Source: Cetorhinus maximus (Eukaryota). Taken from it: a stretch of 64,000 nucleotides of DNA. Made by a program: the position numbers and the translations under genes. Positions 49,490 to 63,500 of the stretch are shown here, in pieces. Each line of letters begins with the position of its first letter. Positions within the stretch are counted from its first letter, which is position 1. The notes under the pieces are model-generated. The model searched no databases, had not been told where the DNA came from, and saw only the letters and a program-made list of their open reading frames with translations. Location: assembly GCF_964194155.1 (NCBI RefSeq), contig NW_027596599.1, positions 1 through 64,000 on the forward strand, in the 5' to 3' direction.

Positions 49490-52400
49490 CCATCGCAACA
49501 TTAAAGTGCCGTTCATCGGGCGACAATAACTCTGCTTATGGTTTAAGCACCAGTCTTTTATTGTTATGACATGTTTTATTGCAGATATTAAATTAGATTT
49601 CATATAACTGGTCCACATGATTGTATTAAATTGCAAGATGCCATGCCGTCCTGAAGTGCTCACTTGCAGGCTGCAGACTGCTGTTAGTGCGGCTGTGGCC
49701 TTCCGACTGACCCTGAGAGAGCCACACCGTCCATGTTTCCATGGTGTCGACCATCCAAGTCCCTGCAAGGCTCCTGACCAAACCCAGACAGTCACATGTT
49801 AAGTGGGAACAGGTTTTGTTTTTATTCCAGTAATGAACCTTGACCTGTATCCTTAACACCGAGAAGACAGACCCAGCAGAGGTGGCGGCACTGTGGTATA
49901 AAGTTTGGAGGGAGTTGCCCTGGGAGTACTTAACATCGACTCGGAACCCGATGAAGTTTCATGGCATCGGGTGAAATATGGGCAAGGAAACATACTGATG
50001 ATGACCACGTAGCAACCCGTTTGCTAACACCCTCCCCCCACCCCTCCCTCACATACTCTTTGGCTGATGAATCAGTACTCTTCCATGTTGAACGCCACTT
50101 GGAAGAAGCACCGAGAGTGGCAAGGGTGCAGGATATACACTGGATCGGGCACTTCAATGACCATCACCAAGAGTGACTCGTTAATGGAACTCCCTCCCTA
50201 ACAGCACTGTGGCTGTACCTACACCACATGGCATGCAGCAGTTCAAGAAGGCAGCTCACCACCAACTTTTCAAGGGCAATTAGTGATGGGCAGTAAATGC
50301 TGGCCTAGCCAGCGATGCCCACATCTCATGAACGATTTTTTTCATAAAGCGCCACTACTGGCCGAGCTGGCTATGTCCCAAAGGACATAGCTGCTAGACT
50401 GGGTATGTGGCAGGTGATGAGGTAACCAACACGAGGATAAAAACGTACTTGATCTCATCCTCACCAATCTGCCTACCGCACATGCATCTGTTTATCTCTG
50501 CAGCAGTAGGAGTGACCACCGCACAGTCCTTGTGGAGATGAACTCCTGCCTTCACATTGAGGATACCCTCATTCAAAACTGGGCATCCATGAGGCGCTGT
50601 TGGCCATCAGCAGCAGCAGATTTGTACTAAACCACACTCTGCGACCTCATGGCTCAGCATATCCTGCACTCGGCTATTATCTCCATGGGTTTGGTCAGGA
50701 GCCTTGCAGGGAATTAACCCTGGTTGAATAAGAGTGCAAGAGGGCATGCCGGAAGCAGGACTATGCATGCCTAAAAATGAGGTGTCAACATAGTGAAGCT
50801 ACAACCCAGGGCTCCTTGCATGTCAAACAGTGTAAGCAGCAATGGATAGACAGAGATAAGTGATCTCACAACCAATGGATCATATCAAAGCTTTGCAGTC
50901 CTGCTACATCCAGCGTTGCATGGCGGTGGACAATTAATCGACTAACGTAAGGAGAAGAGTTCACAAATACCCCACCCTCAATGATGGGGAGCCCAGCGCA
51001 TCAGTGCAAACGATTAAGGCTGAAGTATTTGCAACCATCTTCAGCAAGATGTGCCCAGTGGATGACCCATCTCGCCCTTCTCCAGAAGTCCGCAGCATCA
51101 CCGATGCCTGTCTTCAGCCAATTTGATTCACTCCACGTAATATTAAGAAATGGCTGAAGGCACTGGATACTGCAAAGGCCATGGGGCTTGACAATATTCT
51201 GGCAATAGTACTAAAGGCTTGTGCTCCAGGATTTATCGCACCCCTAGCGAAGCTGTTCCAGTACAACTGGCATGTACCCGGCAATGTGGAAAATTGCTCA
51301 GGTATATCATGTACACAAAAAGCAGGACAAATCTAACCTGGCCAAGTACTGCCTCGTAGGTCTACTCTCGATCATCAGTGAAGTGACGGAAGGGGTCTTC
51401 AACATTGCTATCAAGTGGCACTTACTAAGCAATAACCTTCTCACTGACGCTCAGTTTGGGTTCTGCCAGGGTTGCTCAGCTCCTGACCTCATTTTAATCT
51501 TGGTTCAAGCATGGACAGCAGAGCTGAACTCCAGAGGTGAGGTGAGAGTGACTGAACATTACATCATTTGACCGAGTGTGGCATCAAGGAACCCTAGCAA
51601 AACTGGAGTCAATAGTAATCGGAGGAAAACTCTCCACTGGTTCGAGTCATAACTATCTCAAAAGAAGATGGTTGTGGTTGTTGGAGGTCAATTATCTCAT
51701 TTCCAGGAAATCACTGTAGGAGTTCTTCAGGGCACTGTCTTATGCCCAACCATCTTCAACTGCTTCATCATTGACCTTCCGTCCATCATATGTGGTCAGA
51801 AGTGGGGACGTTCGCTGATGATTGCATTATGTTCAGCACCATTTGTTACTCCTCAGATACTGAAGCACTCCATGTCCAAATGCAGCAAGACGTAAACAAT
51901 ATCCAGGCTTGGGCTGACAACTGGCAAGTAACATTTTCCCCACACAAGTGCCAGGCAATGGCTATCGCCAACATGAGAGAATCTAACCATCGCCACTTGA
52001 TATTCCGTCGCTTGCTATTACCATTACAGAATCCCCCACTATCAACATCCTGAGGGATACCATTGAGCACAAACTGAACTGGACTAACCATATAAATACA
52101 ATGGCTATAAGCACAGGTCAGAGGCTAGGAATCCTGCGATGAGTAACTCAGCCTGCCCATCACCTACGAGCCACATTTCAGGAGCATGATGAACTTTCCA
52201 CTTGCCTGGATGAGTGCGGCTCCGATAACATTCAGAAAGTTTGACATCATCCAGGACAATGCAGCCCACTTGACTGACACCCCATCCACAATCATTAACT
52301 CTCTCCACCACCAACGAACAGTGGCAGCAGTGTGTACCATCTAATAGATGCACTGCAGGAACTCACCATGCCTCCTTAGACAACACCTTCCAAATCCATG

Positions 52401-52690
52401 ACTGCTACCATCTAGAAAGACACGTGCAGAAGATGAGTGGGAGCACCACTAATTGGAAGCTCCCCTCCAAGCCACTCACCATCCTGACTTAGAACTATAT
52501 CATTATTCCTTCACTGCCACTGGATCAAATTCCTGGAACGCCCTCTCTTACAGCACTGTGGGTGTACCTAGACCACTTGGACTGCAGGGGTTCAAGAAGG
52601 CAGCTCACAACCACCTTCTAAAGGGACAGTTAGTGATTGGAAATAAATGCTGGGCTATCCAGCGAAGCCCACACCATGTGAATGAATGAA
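49490..52690 (+). mobile_element. CR1/L2-clade LINE, long degraded copy in TRIM intron 4
   Basis: DRPSRGGGT endonuclease motif, YPAMWKIAQV, QFGF, FADDC and 3' tail. Confidence 0.9.
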
Positions 52691-53299
52691 AAAGATCAAC
52701 GCAAAAGCAGAAACGTGTTTTAAGATATAAAGGAATATTTGCACCAAACCACAAGGAGATATTAATACCAAAGATGAGGTACATTTTAAAATGCCTTAAA
52801 GGAAGAAAGAGAAATAGAGAGGCAGAAAGGTTTAGAGAAGGAATTTCAGAGCTCAGGGCCTCGGCAGATGAAGGTCCAGCTGCCAATGGTGAAGCGATTA
52901 AAATCAGGGATATTCAATTGGCCAGAAGTAGAGGAGCGCAGGTGTCTCGGAGAGTTGGGTTGATGTTTTCAGCCTTTGCTTTTATTCTACAAGCTTTGTT
53001 TGTAATAGAGCAAGTGGACAGGCTAAATGTTTATCTTCTCCTGTGATCTGTGATATACAAGCAACTAATTTGTTATCAGGCTGTGGGCCTTAGCAGGACA
53101 TGAGTGTTTCCATCCTCTGCCCTTGCATTTCCAAGTTATCTTTTGCTCAGTTATAGAGAGAAATTTCACTTTCTATCACATTTGTTCTAATATGAAAAAT
53201 GCTGAAAGATATGCATTTTGGGGTAGCTTCACCATTTAAATCATGTCTAAAATGCTCAAATGGGATGAATTTATAGCATTAATTCTTTAATATTTACAG

Positions 53300-53418
53300 G
53301 ATTAGTGATGACACTCCGAAACTCTCAGTAGCAGATGTTGCAGCCCTGTCTTTCGGAAAGTACATAGGACCTTTACAGTACAGAGCGTGGAGGGAAATGA
53401 TCAATTCCATTGACCCTG
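53300..53418 (+). CDS. TRIM exon 5 (119 nt, linker before B30.2)
   Basis: ttacag|g ISDDTPKLSVADVAALSFGKYIGPLQYRAWREMINSIDP g|gtaaaa; phases (2 in, 1 out) match exon 4 and a phase-1 B30.2 exon. Confidence 0.88.
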
Positions 53419-53559
53419 GTAAAACTTTTATATTAATTTTCCTAACTATAATTCCAGTTGTGAAGGAAATAAATGAGCTTCAAAGTTCCAGGGGTGTGGG
53501 GGAAACAGGAAATCCAACGTTCCTCCAGTGAGGGGTTGTGGTCGTATGATCATCATAAG

Positions 53560-55625
53560 ATTATAAGAAATAGGAGCAGCAGGAGGCCTTTTGGCCCATT
53601 AAACCTGTCCCGCCATTTGATAAGATCATGGCTCATTTAACTGTGGCTTTAACTGCCCTTTTTCCCTGTTCCCTATAGCCCTTAACTCCACTGTCATTCA
53701 AAAATCTGTCTAATTCAGCCCTGAGTCTATACAACAGCCTGGTCTCCATTGCTGTCTGTGGAACAGAATTCCAAAGGCTAACATCCCTCAAAGAGAAGAA
53801 ATTCCTTCTCATCTCTATCTCAAAAGGGAGACAGACCCCTGATTTATAAACTATGTCCACTGCTTCTAGATACCCTCACAAGAGGAATCATCCTCCCACT
53901 ATCAACACTATCAAGCTCCCTCAGAATCATATATGTTTCACTAAGATCACCTCTAATTTTTCTAAACTTCAAGAGTATAGGGTTAAATGTCTCAAACTTT
54001 CTTCATCAGACAACTCCTTCATCCAGGAATCAGCCTAGCGAACCTTCCCTGAACTGCTTCGAAGACATAAATATAACTCCCTTAAGTAAGGAAATGAAAA
54101 CTGTGAAGTGAAAGTCAACATTGTCCCAGAGGACCATCGGCTGCGCTCTCATTAGAGAGAGACGACTGGTGGTGAGTTTAACCTGAGGGTCACCACACCT
54201 CAGGTGTGGGGTGAGGTTGAAAAGGCAGGGCCTTCATGGATGTTCAAAACCTCCCCACACATGAACAATTCCTCCCCCTCCCCCACTCTTTAGGTTAAAG
54301 TCCTCTTCACAGACCTAGTTGTACAATTTGCCAGGACACTGGTTCCAGCGTGGTTCAAGTGAAGGCCATTCTAATAGTTTCACTCACTTTTTCCCCAGCG
54401 TTAGTGCCAGTGCCCCATGAATTGAAACACATTTTTCCAACACCAATCTTTGAGCCACACATCCAATTCTCTGATCGTATTCACTCCATGCCAATCAGCT
54501 GATGCCTCAGGCTGAGATTATTACCTTTGAATTTAGTGCCTAACTGCACATACTCTTTCAGTAGAACCTCTTTCTTAGTCCTATCAATATGAGTATCCAC
54601 GGGGACTATAAGAACTGGATGCTTTTCCTTCCACTCCAAGTTCCTCACCAGCCCTGAGAGGATTACTTTGACTCTGGCACAGGACAGGCAACACAGCCTT
54701 TGGAATGCATGCACTTGCCTGAAGTGAAGAGTTTCTATCCCCCTAACTAACCTGTCCCCTACTACAATGACATTCCTTTTTGCATTTGGATAGCTTCCTG
54801 CACCACTGTGCCATAGTCAGTTTGCTCATCCTCCCTGCATTCATGCTCTCGTCCACATGAGGTGCAAGGGCTTTGAATCTGTTGGGCAATTGCAAAGGCT
54901 GGACTTTCTAACCTGACTTTCTTCCCTTTCCCTGACCACTGAACAAATCGGAATACCTAAGGGTGTCACTGCCTCCTGGAACAAAATGTTCTGGTAACTT
55001 TACCCCTCTTCAGTGCATTGCACTGTCCAAATCACGGATTCCAGTGGATCAGCTCAGAGCTGAGGTTCCTCAAGCTGCAGACACTTACTGCAGATGTGGT
55101 TGCCGTAAATCAGACGGGTAGCCTCTGGTCCCCACCTGCTGCAACTGCAACACATCACCTGCCCATCTTTATTTCATTTTTATCTAACTGATTCGATTTC
55201 AAGTGGCTCTGGTGGAATGCAAACAGAGGATTATAAGCATTTTATTGCTGTGTAAGTGCCACTTGATGGCATTGTCAACATCACATTCTACAACTTGCCT
55301 GAAGATTGAGAGTAGACTGTTGGACCATTGATTGTCCACATTGCATTTGTCCTGCTTTTTGTCGGCAGGATATACTTGGGCAATTTCCCACATTGTCGAG
55401 CAGATGGCTGTGTTGTAAGTCGACTGGAACAATTTGGCTATGGGTGTCACTAATTTCAGAGTTAAAATCTTCAGTACTACAGCTGGGATGTTGTTAGTGT
55501 CCATTGCCTTTGCTGTTTCCAGTGAGTTCATCCCTTACTTGTGATCATGTGCAGTCAGTTGCCTCAGCTGAAGACTGGCATCTATGACATTGGTAACGTT
55601 GGAAGGAGACCAAGATGGATCATCG
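53560..55625 (-). mobile_element. Cluster of CR1 3' tail, CR1 ORF1 remnant and LINE RT remnant
   Basis: EMRRNFFS..VSLWNS, LCCL..ARVK esterase and AKAM..NNIPAVVLK. Confidence 0.8.
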
Positions 55626-55959
55626 AGGTCATTGTTTCTCCTGCAGCTGTTGCCCTGATTTGAGATGTGGTGGTTGCCACGAGTACTCAATCAGTGTTAA
55701 ATCTGCTGTGTGAGTGGCACGGATGCAGTTTTAAGGCTAAGAGACTGAAGCTCTACGCTGTCTTCTTAACAGTAGAAAATCAGAGGCTGCACATTATTGT
55801 TGACTGCAAGAGGGATTTGGGTGTAATATTAAAGAGATGTTTGTGCATTTGCCTAAATCCTTTGTCGACCGCACATGGAGATTTTGGTGGCGTGCTCGTC
55901 TACTTTATCTCCATTATCAAAGGTGGCAGTAGGCCTCACATAAAAGGTTTGCAACCATA

Positions 55960-58400
55960 GAATGATAGAAAAGTTACGGCGCAGTAAGAGGCCTGCGCCA
56001 GCCAAAGAAAAAAGAAACTAGCCGCTCATTTTAATCCCAATTTCCAGCTCCTGGTACATATCTTTGCAGGATACAACACTTCAGGTGCAGATCCAGGTAC
56101 CTTTCAAATGAGTTGAGTATTTCAGCCTAAATCACCAACCAGGCCAAGACTTCCAGACGCCCATCACCCTCTGGGTGCAAAATATTTTCCTCATTTCCCC
56201 TCTAATCCTTTTACCAATCACTGTAAATCTGTGCCCTGTGGTAACCAGCATCTGATACAGTTCCATCACAACGTCTTTGCCTTGGACTTAAATACCTCAT
56301 CCAATAAAGAAAAGCATTCCATATGGTGTCTAGACCACTGTACCCACTTGTACTGCCACCTTCCAGGATATGCGGCATGCACGCCAACGTTCCTCAGCCC
56401 CACCTCAAATGCATTACACACACTTATCCGGATTGAATTCAATTTTTCCACTCAACAAAACCATTGATATAATTCTGGAGATAACAGCTACCCTCTACAC
56501 TTCCAACTACAGGGAAAATGTTTGTGTCATCAGCAAATGTCCCAATCATACCTCCCACATTTACGCCCAAACCATGAATATATGCAACAAGCAGCAAGGA
56601 CTCCAACACTGAGCCCTGTCAATCACCACTGGAAACCATTTTCCATTTGCAAAAATATCTATCGACCATTACCTTTTGTTTCCTGTTGCTGAGCCAATTT
56701 TGGATCCAACTCACCACCTTCCCTGTGACCCATGTGATCTCACTTTCCTGACCAGTCTGCCATGTGGGACCTTGTCAAATGCCTCACTAAAATCCATGTG
56801 GACAATGTCTGCTCCACTACCCTCATCAATCCTGCTTGTTGGTTCCTCAAAAATTTCGATTAAGTTAGTAAGACATGATCTTCCCCTACACAACCATGCT
56901 GGCTATTCCTGATCAATCAATGCCCTTCTAAGTGACACTTTATCCTGCCTCTCAGAATTGATTCCAATAATTTGTCCACAACTGAAGTCAGGCTGACCAG
57001 CCTATCATTTTCTTGCCAATCCCTCACAACCTTTTTAAATAATGGTACAATGTTCAAAGACCTCCAACCATCTGGTACCTCACCTGTCTCTATTGAGGAT
57101 TGGAACATAATCCTCAGGGCATCCATTATTTCCTCCCTGGCTTCTTTTAACAACCCGAGATACAATCCATGTGGTCCTGGTTATATATCCACGTTCAAGG
57201 ATGTCAGTTCCTCCATTACTTCCTCTCTCACTATACTTATTTTATCTAATATTTCACACTACTCCTCTTGAACTAGAATGTTTGCATCATCCCTCTCTTT
57301 AGTGAAGACTGAGACAAAGTACGCATTGAGAACCCTGCCCACATCCTCAGCATCAACGCACAGGTTACCATGTACATCTCTGATAGGCCCTACCCTTCCT
57401 TTAGTTATTCTTTTGCTCTTAATGTACTGGCAAATCTCCTTAGGGTTTTATATGATTTTACCTGCCAACATTTTTGCAAATCCTCGCTTTGCTTTCCTAA
57501 TTTACATATTTACTTCACCCATGTACTTTCTATACTCCTCTAGACTTGCTTTTTGTGACTGCCATGAGCCTTCTTTTTTTGCTTCATCTTGACCTGTCTG
57601 CTTCTGTGTAACCTGGGGGCTCTAGATTTGTCAGTATCACCATTCTTTTTATGGGGACATGTCTCCACTGTGCCCATAGAATCTTGCTTTTGACAACATT
57701 TTCCCGTCTAATGACTCTACCCAGTCCACTTTCGCCAATTAACCTCTCAGCTTTGTAAAATTTGTCTCCCCCCAATTTAGAACTTTTATCCCTGCTTTCT
57801 ATTTACCCTTTTCCATAATGGTGTTAAATCTAACTGTCTTATGGTCAGTATCTCCAAAATGGTCACCCACTGCTACTTCATCCACTTGCCCAGGTTCATT
57901 TGCTAAGACTAAATCTTGAATTGCGCCCCCTCTCGTTGGGCTTGTTATGTGCTGGCTAAGAAAGTTCTCTTGAATGCAGTTCAAGAATTTTGTGCCCTCT
58001 GTGCCCTTCACACTGTTTGCATCCCAATTCATATTAGGGTAGCTAAAGCATCCAAATATTGCCGTCCTATTGTTTTTGCACTTAGAAATTTGCCTACATA
58101 TTTGCCCCATTCCACCATTTGGGGGCCTGAGTACACTCCTAGTAGTGTGCCTGCCCCTTTTTTATTTCTGAGCTCCACCCATAGGGCCTTATTTGATGCT
58201 TCATTTTGGATGTCATCCCTCCTTTCAGCTGTCATTGATTCTTGAATCGATAATGCTACACCCCCACCTTTTTTATCCCCCTCTCTACCCTGCCTGAAAA
58301 CTCTATATCCAGGGATGGTAATCTGCAATTTTCGCCCCTCCGTATGCCAGGTTTCTGTTATGGCGATGATATCATGCTGCCATGTGTCTAACCAAAGTGC
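55960..58400 (-). mobile_element. CR1 LINE ORF2 (endonuclease plus RT plus tail)
   Basis: DIIAITETW, GGGVAL, GRSCLTNLIE.FE...MDFSEAFDKVPH. Confidence 0.93.
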
Positions 58401-59639
58401 ATTGGATATCATTGAAGGATCGTTGCTTGTTTAGAGCACGAGGAGAGGGAGTGTAGATTGGACCTGTGCTGAGGACTGTGAGGAGATCCATGTGAATGAT
58501 CAGCAGCTTTAACTGTCCTGTGCAGGGTCCATGCAGGAAAGAGGTTTTCCTTGACTGTGGGTGTCACAATGACAGATCACGGTCTTCCACTTAAGCTAAA
58601 GTCCATCTGAGACTCAGACTTGTAGGGGTCTCTGTGACTGGATGGTCAGGGGCCTTGCACCTCAGCAAAGCATAGTGCAGGTGAGGCACTCAGTGAGAGG
58701 ACTACAAAGTAACCCCTAAACTTGTTGGCATGATAAACATGTCAAAGGATATGCGATTATGATGTGTGAGTGGTGACTGGCGGGGTGGGGGGGGGCGCAG
58801 GAACATGAAAATTTCTCATCAATATGCATGGAGCAGCGATTTATAGGGGTCAAACGTTCTCATGTTGCTCCTCCCTGTCTGGTTATGGTTGAAAGAGCTC
58901 TCTGCTAGGTCGGCTCCCCTTTGAGAGCAGGTGTCAGGGTTAGCAAGAGCCGGCCTCAGGGAAGTCAAGATGGCGGCCATTGGCCTGACCACAGGTGTAT
59001 CACAGGCGGTGCTCTTATCTACAAATGGGTGAAAGGCAATGCTGGAGGTGGCTTCGTAGATCCCGGGATCTATCTGCCAGCTTCTCCACAATGAGCTGCG
59101 GCCATAAGGGCTTGGAGGGAATCCAATGCTGGTGGCGTTGAAGGTCACGCCCGCCTTGAACTTCTTTAATAATGGACCCATCTAGGGCTTCACTTGGGAT
59201 CAATGCGTCAGCTTTCAGTCAGTGACACACAAGTGTATTCAGAATGCCCAATCAGGATAGTGCATCTCTGGAAAGTTTAGATTTGACATTCCTTCCAATC
59301 TGTCGTGTTCAGGACTTTGTCAGTGCATTGCTGAAATCACAATTCTACTTACAGGTGCCTGAGGTTGCAGGAGATGGTGCAGATCCTAATAAGCGCATTT
59401 GGCGCCAGGGTTCAGCATTTTATTATAGTTGAGCACATGCAAGGCTCAAACCAACAGCAGGGAAGATGTCACTACTGCAATTTAATTCTGCTCTCATAAA
59501 TAAAGGTACATTTGCGAAACCTATGGTCAGTAAACAAGAAGGTGCTGGGGCCTTCCAGCCTCCAAAGGATAGAAAACCAAAAAGTTCAACAAATGTCCCG
59601 GAAGCTTACTCTGCCCAGAATCTGGTAACTATCAGATTG

Positions 59640-61100
59640 GTATGGGCCTGTCTACCACATCATATTCCAGCTATAGCCTCTGCATGTGGTTTGGCCACAT
59701 CCTGGCCCTCCCATCCCCTTCATTGTCCTTCTCATGGGAGCAGACATCTTGCTTCCCCATGTCTCGCTCAGGCAACACATCCCCATTTTGTATCACGAGG
59801 CTGTGCAGGGTGCAGCAGACAATGATGATCTGAGACATTCTCAGTATGGGAAAGCACTGCCTGAGCCATCCAAACATCTGAACCTCATCTTTAGGAGCTC
59901 AATCATCTGCTCAGTCAGGGACCTGGTGGGGGTATAGCCATCATTGTATCTCCTCAGCAGTACTCTGCGGGTGGTGAACTGGCATCATCAGCCATTTTTG
60001 CTTGGGGTATTCCTTGTCCCTGAGGATCCTGCCCGGCAATCACCGAGATAGTTCCTTTAATACCCTCCACTACCCTCGAGACCCTACAGAGAGACCAGTG
60101 CCTTGGTAACATAGAAAGACTAAACACATGAGCCCTTGTCAGGCATGACCATTCAGTTGGGGGTATGGAGTTTTGGAGTCATGAGTTGGCCACCACCCGT
60201 GCTCCTTGGAGGCTTCCACCTCTCTCTCTCCATTCATCCCTGCCTCTGACTGCAGCTGATGGCGAATGGACAGAATGAATGGAAGCTCCATACCTTGCTG
60301 GGATCTCGATGTGATGAGATGGGCATAAACCTGCTGACGTGTGGGCTTCACCATAGAGGGGAGAACACGACTGAGCATGGATGACATCCAGTTACCTCAT
60401 AATTATTAGGGTGTGCCTTTAGTCGGCCATTTGCGCTGACCTTGAGCACCACCCACCAAAAAGACCTTGCTCCCACTTCGAGGCATCTTACTTACTGACT
60501 AACTGCGTGGTCAACGCCAGATTTGAAGAATGGTGTGTGTCACCTTCCAAACTTCATCCGCCAACTTCTACCCTTCCCCCTGCCACCCACCAACTTCCCC
60601 CCATCACATTAACCCACCCAATATCAGCTTTCCACTCCCCTCTGTCATGCTTGAACCTCCCTTCGTTCCACTGGGCATTATTCTGATCCACCTCCACATG
60701 CCCTCCCGACCCTGAGATCTGATGTGTACAGGCCCAACCTAAACAACCCCTCAAAACCTTTATTAACCAACCATGCAATAATATACACTTCCAACACCAG
60801 TTGTTCAGTGAGATCCGCTTGTCGGAGCCCATTCCCACGTGGTCAGTCTGCTGAATGACTTCTCCTGCACGACTTCCTGTGACTGATCACGTCACGCTTT
60901 CCTGGCTGTCCTTGTGGCTGTGGCTTTATATCCCTTTCTGACCCTGGTCCCTTGATATATAAGTTAATACCTTGATTCGGGTCATCCAATTGTGTTTCAT
61001 GCTTTATCAATCCCTCCACCTGCATGTGGTCATTTCCTGCTCTCAGCAGGGGATATCTCCAGGTGTATGCCAGCTATGGATGTAATATCTGTATCTTGAT
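59640..61100 (-). mobile_element. Second, older Harbinger transposase remnant
   Basis: Reverse complement gives LRDKEYP (GD.GYP-like) at about 60005-60030 and IEQMIELLKMRFRCL / IIIVCCTLHSL at about 59780-59910. Confidence 0.7.
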
Positions 61101-61639
61101 AAGGCAGTAAGAAAGCTATTCACACATATCCAGAGAGGCCATTGTCTATGAAAGTTGCTGTAGATGGAGTGCCTGTTGGTGAGCCACCACCTCAATGACA
61201 TGTCCTGAAATGTCTGTGTGTTTAGTTAAAACTGTCTTTATTTTTAAACAGTTGAAAAAGAGTTTCAGAAAGAGTAAACCTTGTTTGGATGGTAACGCAA
61301 TATGTGAAAATCAGACAGTAAATCAGTAACCCAGCTTACATCGTGCTCAATATCAATCTCCATCGGAGTTAATGGAAACAGATATTGAGTGGAATGTGTT
61401 CCAAGCTGCTACTTCAGTGTTGTCCAAGTCACACAACCGTCCATGACAAATTTCAACCCCTCCCTCTGTGTCTCCATGTCACCTTGGAGCATCTGCTGTT
61501 GACTCTTGATTGCCTTCTGGATGAGAAAATCTGGATGGTGAACATGTCCCTCGTGTGCAAGTGCACGGGTATAGAAAGGAGCAGTTTCAGGTGCAGTGTT
61601 TGCACCAATGAGCACGTCAAATAGGACTCTGGAGGAGTA

Positions 61640-62145
61640 ATTTCTGCATTTCTGGGCACCACACTTTGGGAAGGATGTCAAGACATTGGAGAGGGTACAG
61701 GGGGTACTTACCAGCACAGTAGCACTGATGAGGGACTTCAGTTTACAGGGTAGTTGGATAAGCTGGTAATGCTCTCCCGAGAACAGAGAAGTTTAAAGGG
61801 AGATTTAATCCAGGAATATGAATTATGGGGGCTTTATTGAGCAGATCAGGAGAATCTGTTTACTCTGGTAAGTGTGTCTGTAACTAAAGGCTAAGATTTA
61901 AAATAATCACCAAAAGAATTAGAGGGGTAATGAGCAAAAATGAAATCTCACAGACTATGTTCATGATCTGCAATTCATTATCTGAAAATGTGGATTTCAT
62001 AGGAACTTTCAAAAATGAATTGAAGATGTTCTCAAATGGACTAATATGCAGGGATCCGGGCAAAAAGCTGGACTAGAAGATTAAATTGGACAGCCTGCAC
62101 AAGTACGATGGGCTGAATGGCCTCCTTCTGCACCATAAGATTCCA
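61640..62145 (+). mobile_element. CR1 3' end, degraded
   Basis: FWAPHFGKDVKTLERVQ plus tail gggctgaatggcctccttctg. Confidence 0.8.
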
Positions 62146-62419
62146 TTATCTAGTCCAACTCATAATTGGGCTGGGATGTTTTTAAGGGACTAGGGCAGTC
62201 CCGAAAACAGGCGTTAGGCGCCATCCATCTGCTAATGTTGGTGCTGTTTTGGACTCTGTCCAAAAAGTGGGATGTCCTGAGACTCAAGCCCTGAGCCTTG
62301 GGTTTCCTGGACATGGATGTGGGCGACAGTGAAAAGCTGAGCACATTTATTTTCCTGTTTACAATTTGGAGATGGGGGAGGCAGCAGTGTTTTTCTCAGC
62401 TCCTCAATGCTCCTGTCCA

Positions 62420-63200
62420 CACTGTATGACACAATGCCCATCCCCCTCCCACTGCTGCCTGGCCCCTTCACACTCTACGCTCACCTACCCACTGTCTCCC
62501 CAATATCACCCACCCAAATCTGCACTTGCTCCTCCCGCATCTCTGCTCTCTCCCCTCCCCCACTCTCTATACTCACCACCCACTCCCTCTACCCTCCCCC
62601 CCAGTCCTCCCTTCCTCGATTTCTTGCTCCCATGTGCCCTCTGCCTCCCCCCCTGCAGATTTTCCTCACAACCCTCCTTCCTCACCTGCTTTCTCTCTCA
62701 TCTCACTTTCCTGGTCCCCTGCTCCCCTCCACCTCCCGTCCCGTGGCCTTTGTTCTTTCTCTCCGTCCATTCCTACACATACTCCACTCCCCATCCATCC
62801 CCTCTCTCACTCACTTCCCTCCAGTCAGTCTTCCCTCCCCATTCCGCACATCTTCCCTCATCTTGGTCCCATACTCTCCCTGTCCTCCCTGTCCCGCACA
62901 CTGTCCCTCGCAACCCCCCCTCTTTACCCTCCAGCTTTCTTTCTCCCCTCCCTCTCCCTTGCTCTCTCTCCGCTCCACCTCCCAACCTCTCTCCACTCCC
63001 CCTTCCACCATCTCAGCCCTCCCCTTCCACCATTGTCACTGTCCCCTTCAGCTAACTCTGGCTCCACTCTGTCCACTCATTGACCACACCCCCACCCCTC
63101 CCAATCTCTCACTCCTTCATCACCCTTTCTCCCTCCCCTCCCCCTCCCTCTCCCCTCTCTCTATTCACACGTTTTTTCTCTCTCTCTCTCCCAATCCCGC
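62420..63200. repeat. Pyrimidine-rich (C/T) low-complexity tract of about 780 bp
   Basis: Base composition; open in all three + frames as Pro/Ser/Leu-rich artefacts. Confidence 0.9.
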
Positions 63201-63500
63201 TCCTGTGTTTGGGTTGCTGAGCTGTAACTAGTGGAGTGACACAGGGATGAGCGCTGGGAACTCAACTATTTACGATCTATATCAATGACTTGGATGAAGG
63301 GACCGAATGTCTGGTAGTTAAATTTGTTCATGACACAAAGATATTAGGAATTTAACTTGTTAAGAGCACATGAAGAGTCTACAAAAGGATTTAGATAGAT
63401 TAATTGTTAGTTAATTTATCGGGTAGATTATAATGTCCAAATTCATGAACTTGTCCACTTGGCAGGAAGAATATCAAGGCAACGTATTATTTTAATAGAG
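63200..63500 (+). mobile_element. CR1 RT fragment
   Basis: VTSGVTQG..LGTQLFTIYINDLD...KFVHDTKI. Confidence 0.8.

Noticed and set aside
49872-49892. CTCF-like ccagcagaggtggcggc
   Set aside because: It is the DRPSRGGGT codon string of a LINE endonuclease and has incorrect spacing
58420-59500. Myb partner gene of the second Harbinger
   Set aside because: The position fits, but no SANT motif could be read
62366-63231. Pro/Ser/Leu-rich ORFs of 185-274 aa
   Set aside because: Low-complexity pyrimidine tract lacking stops
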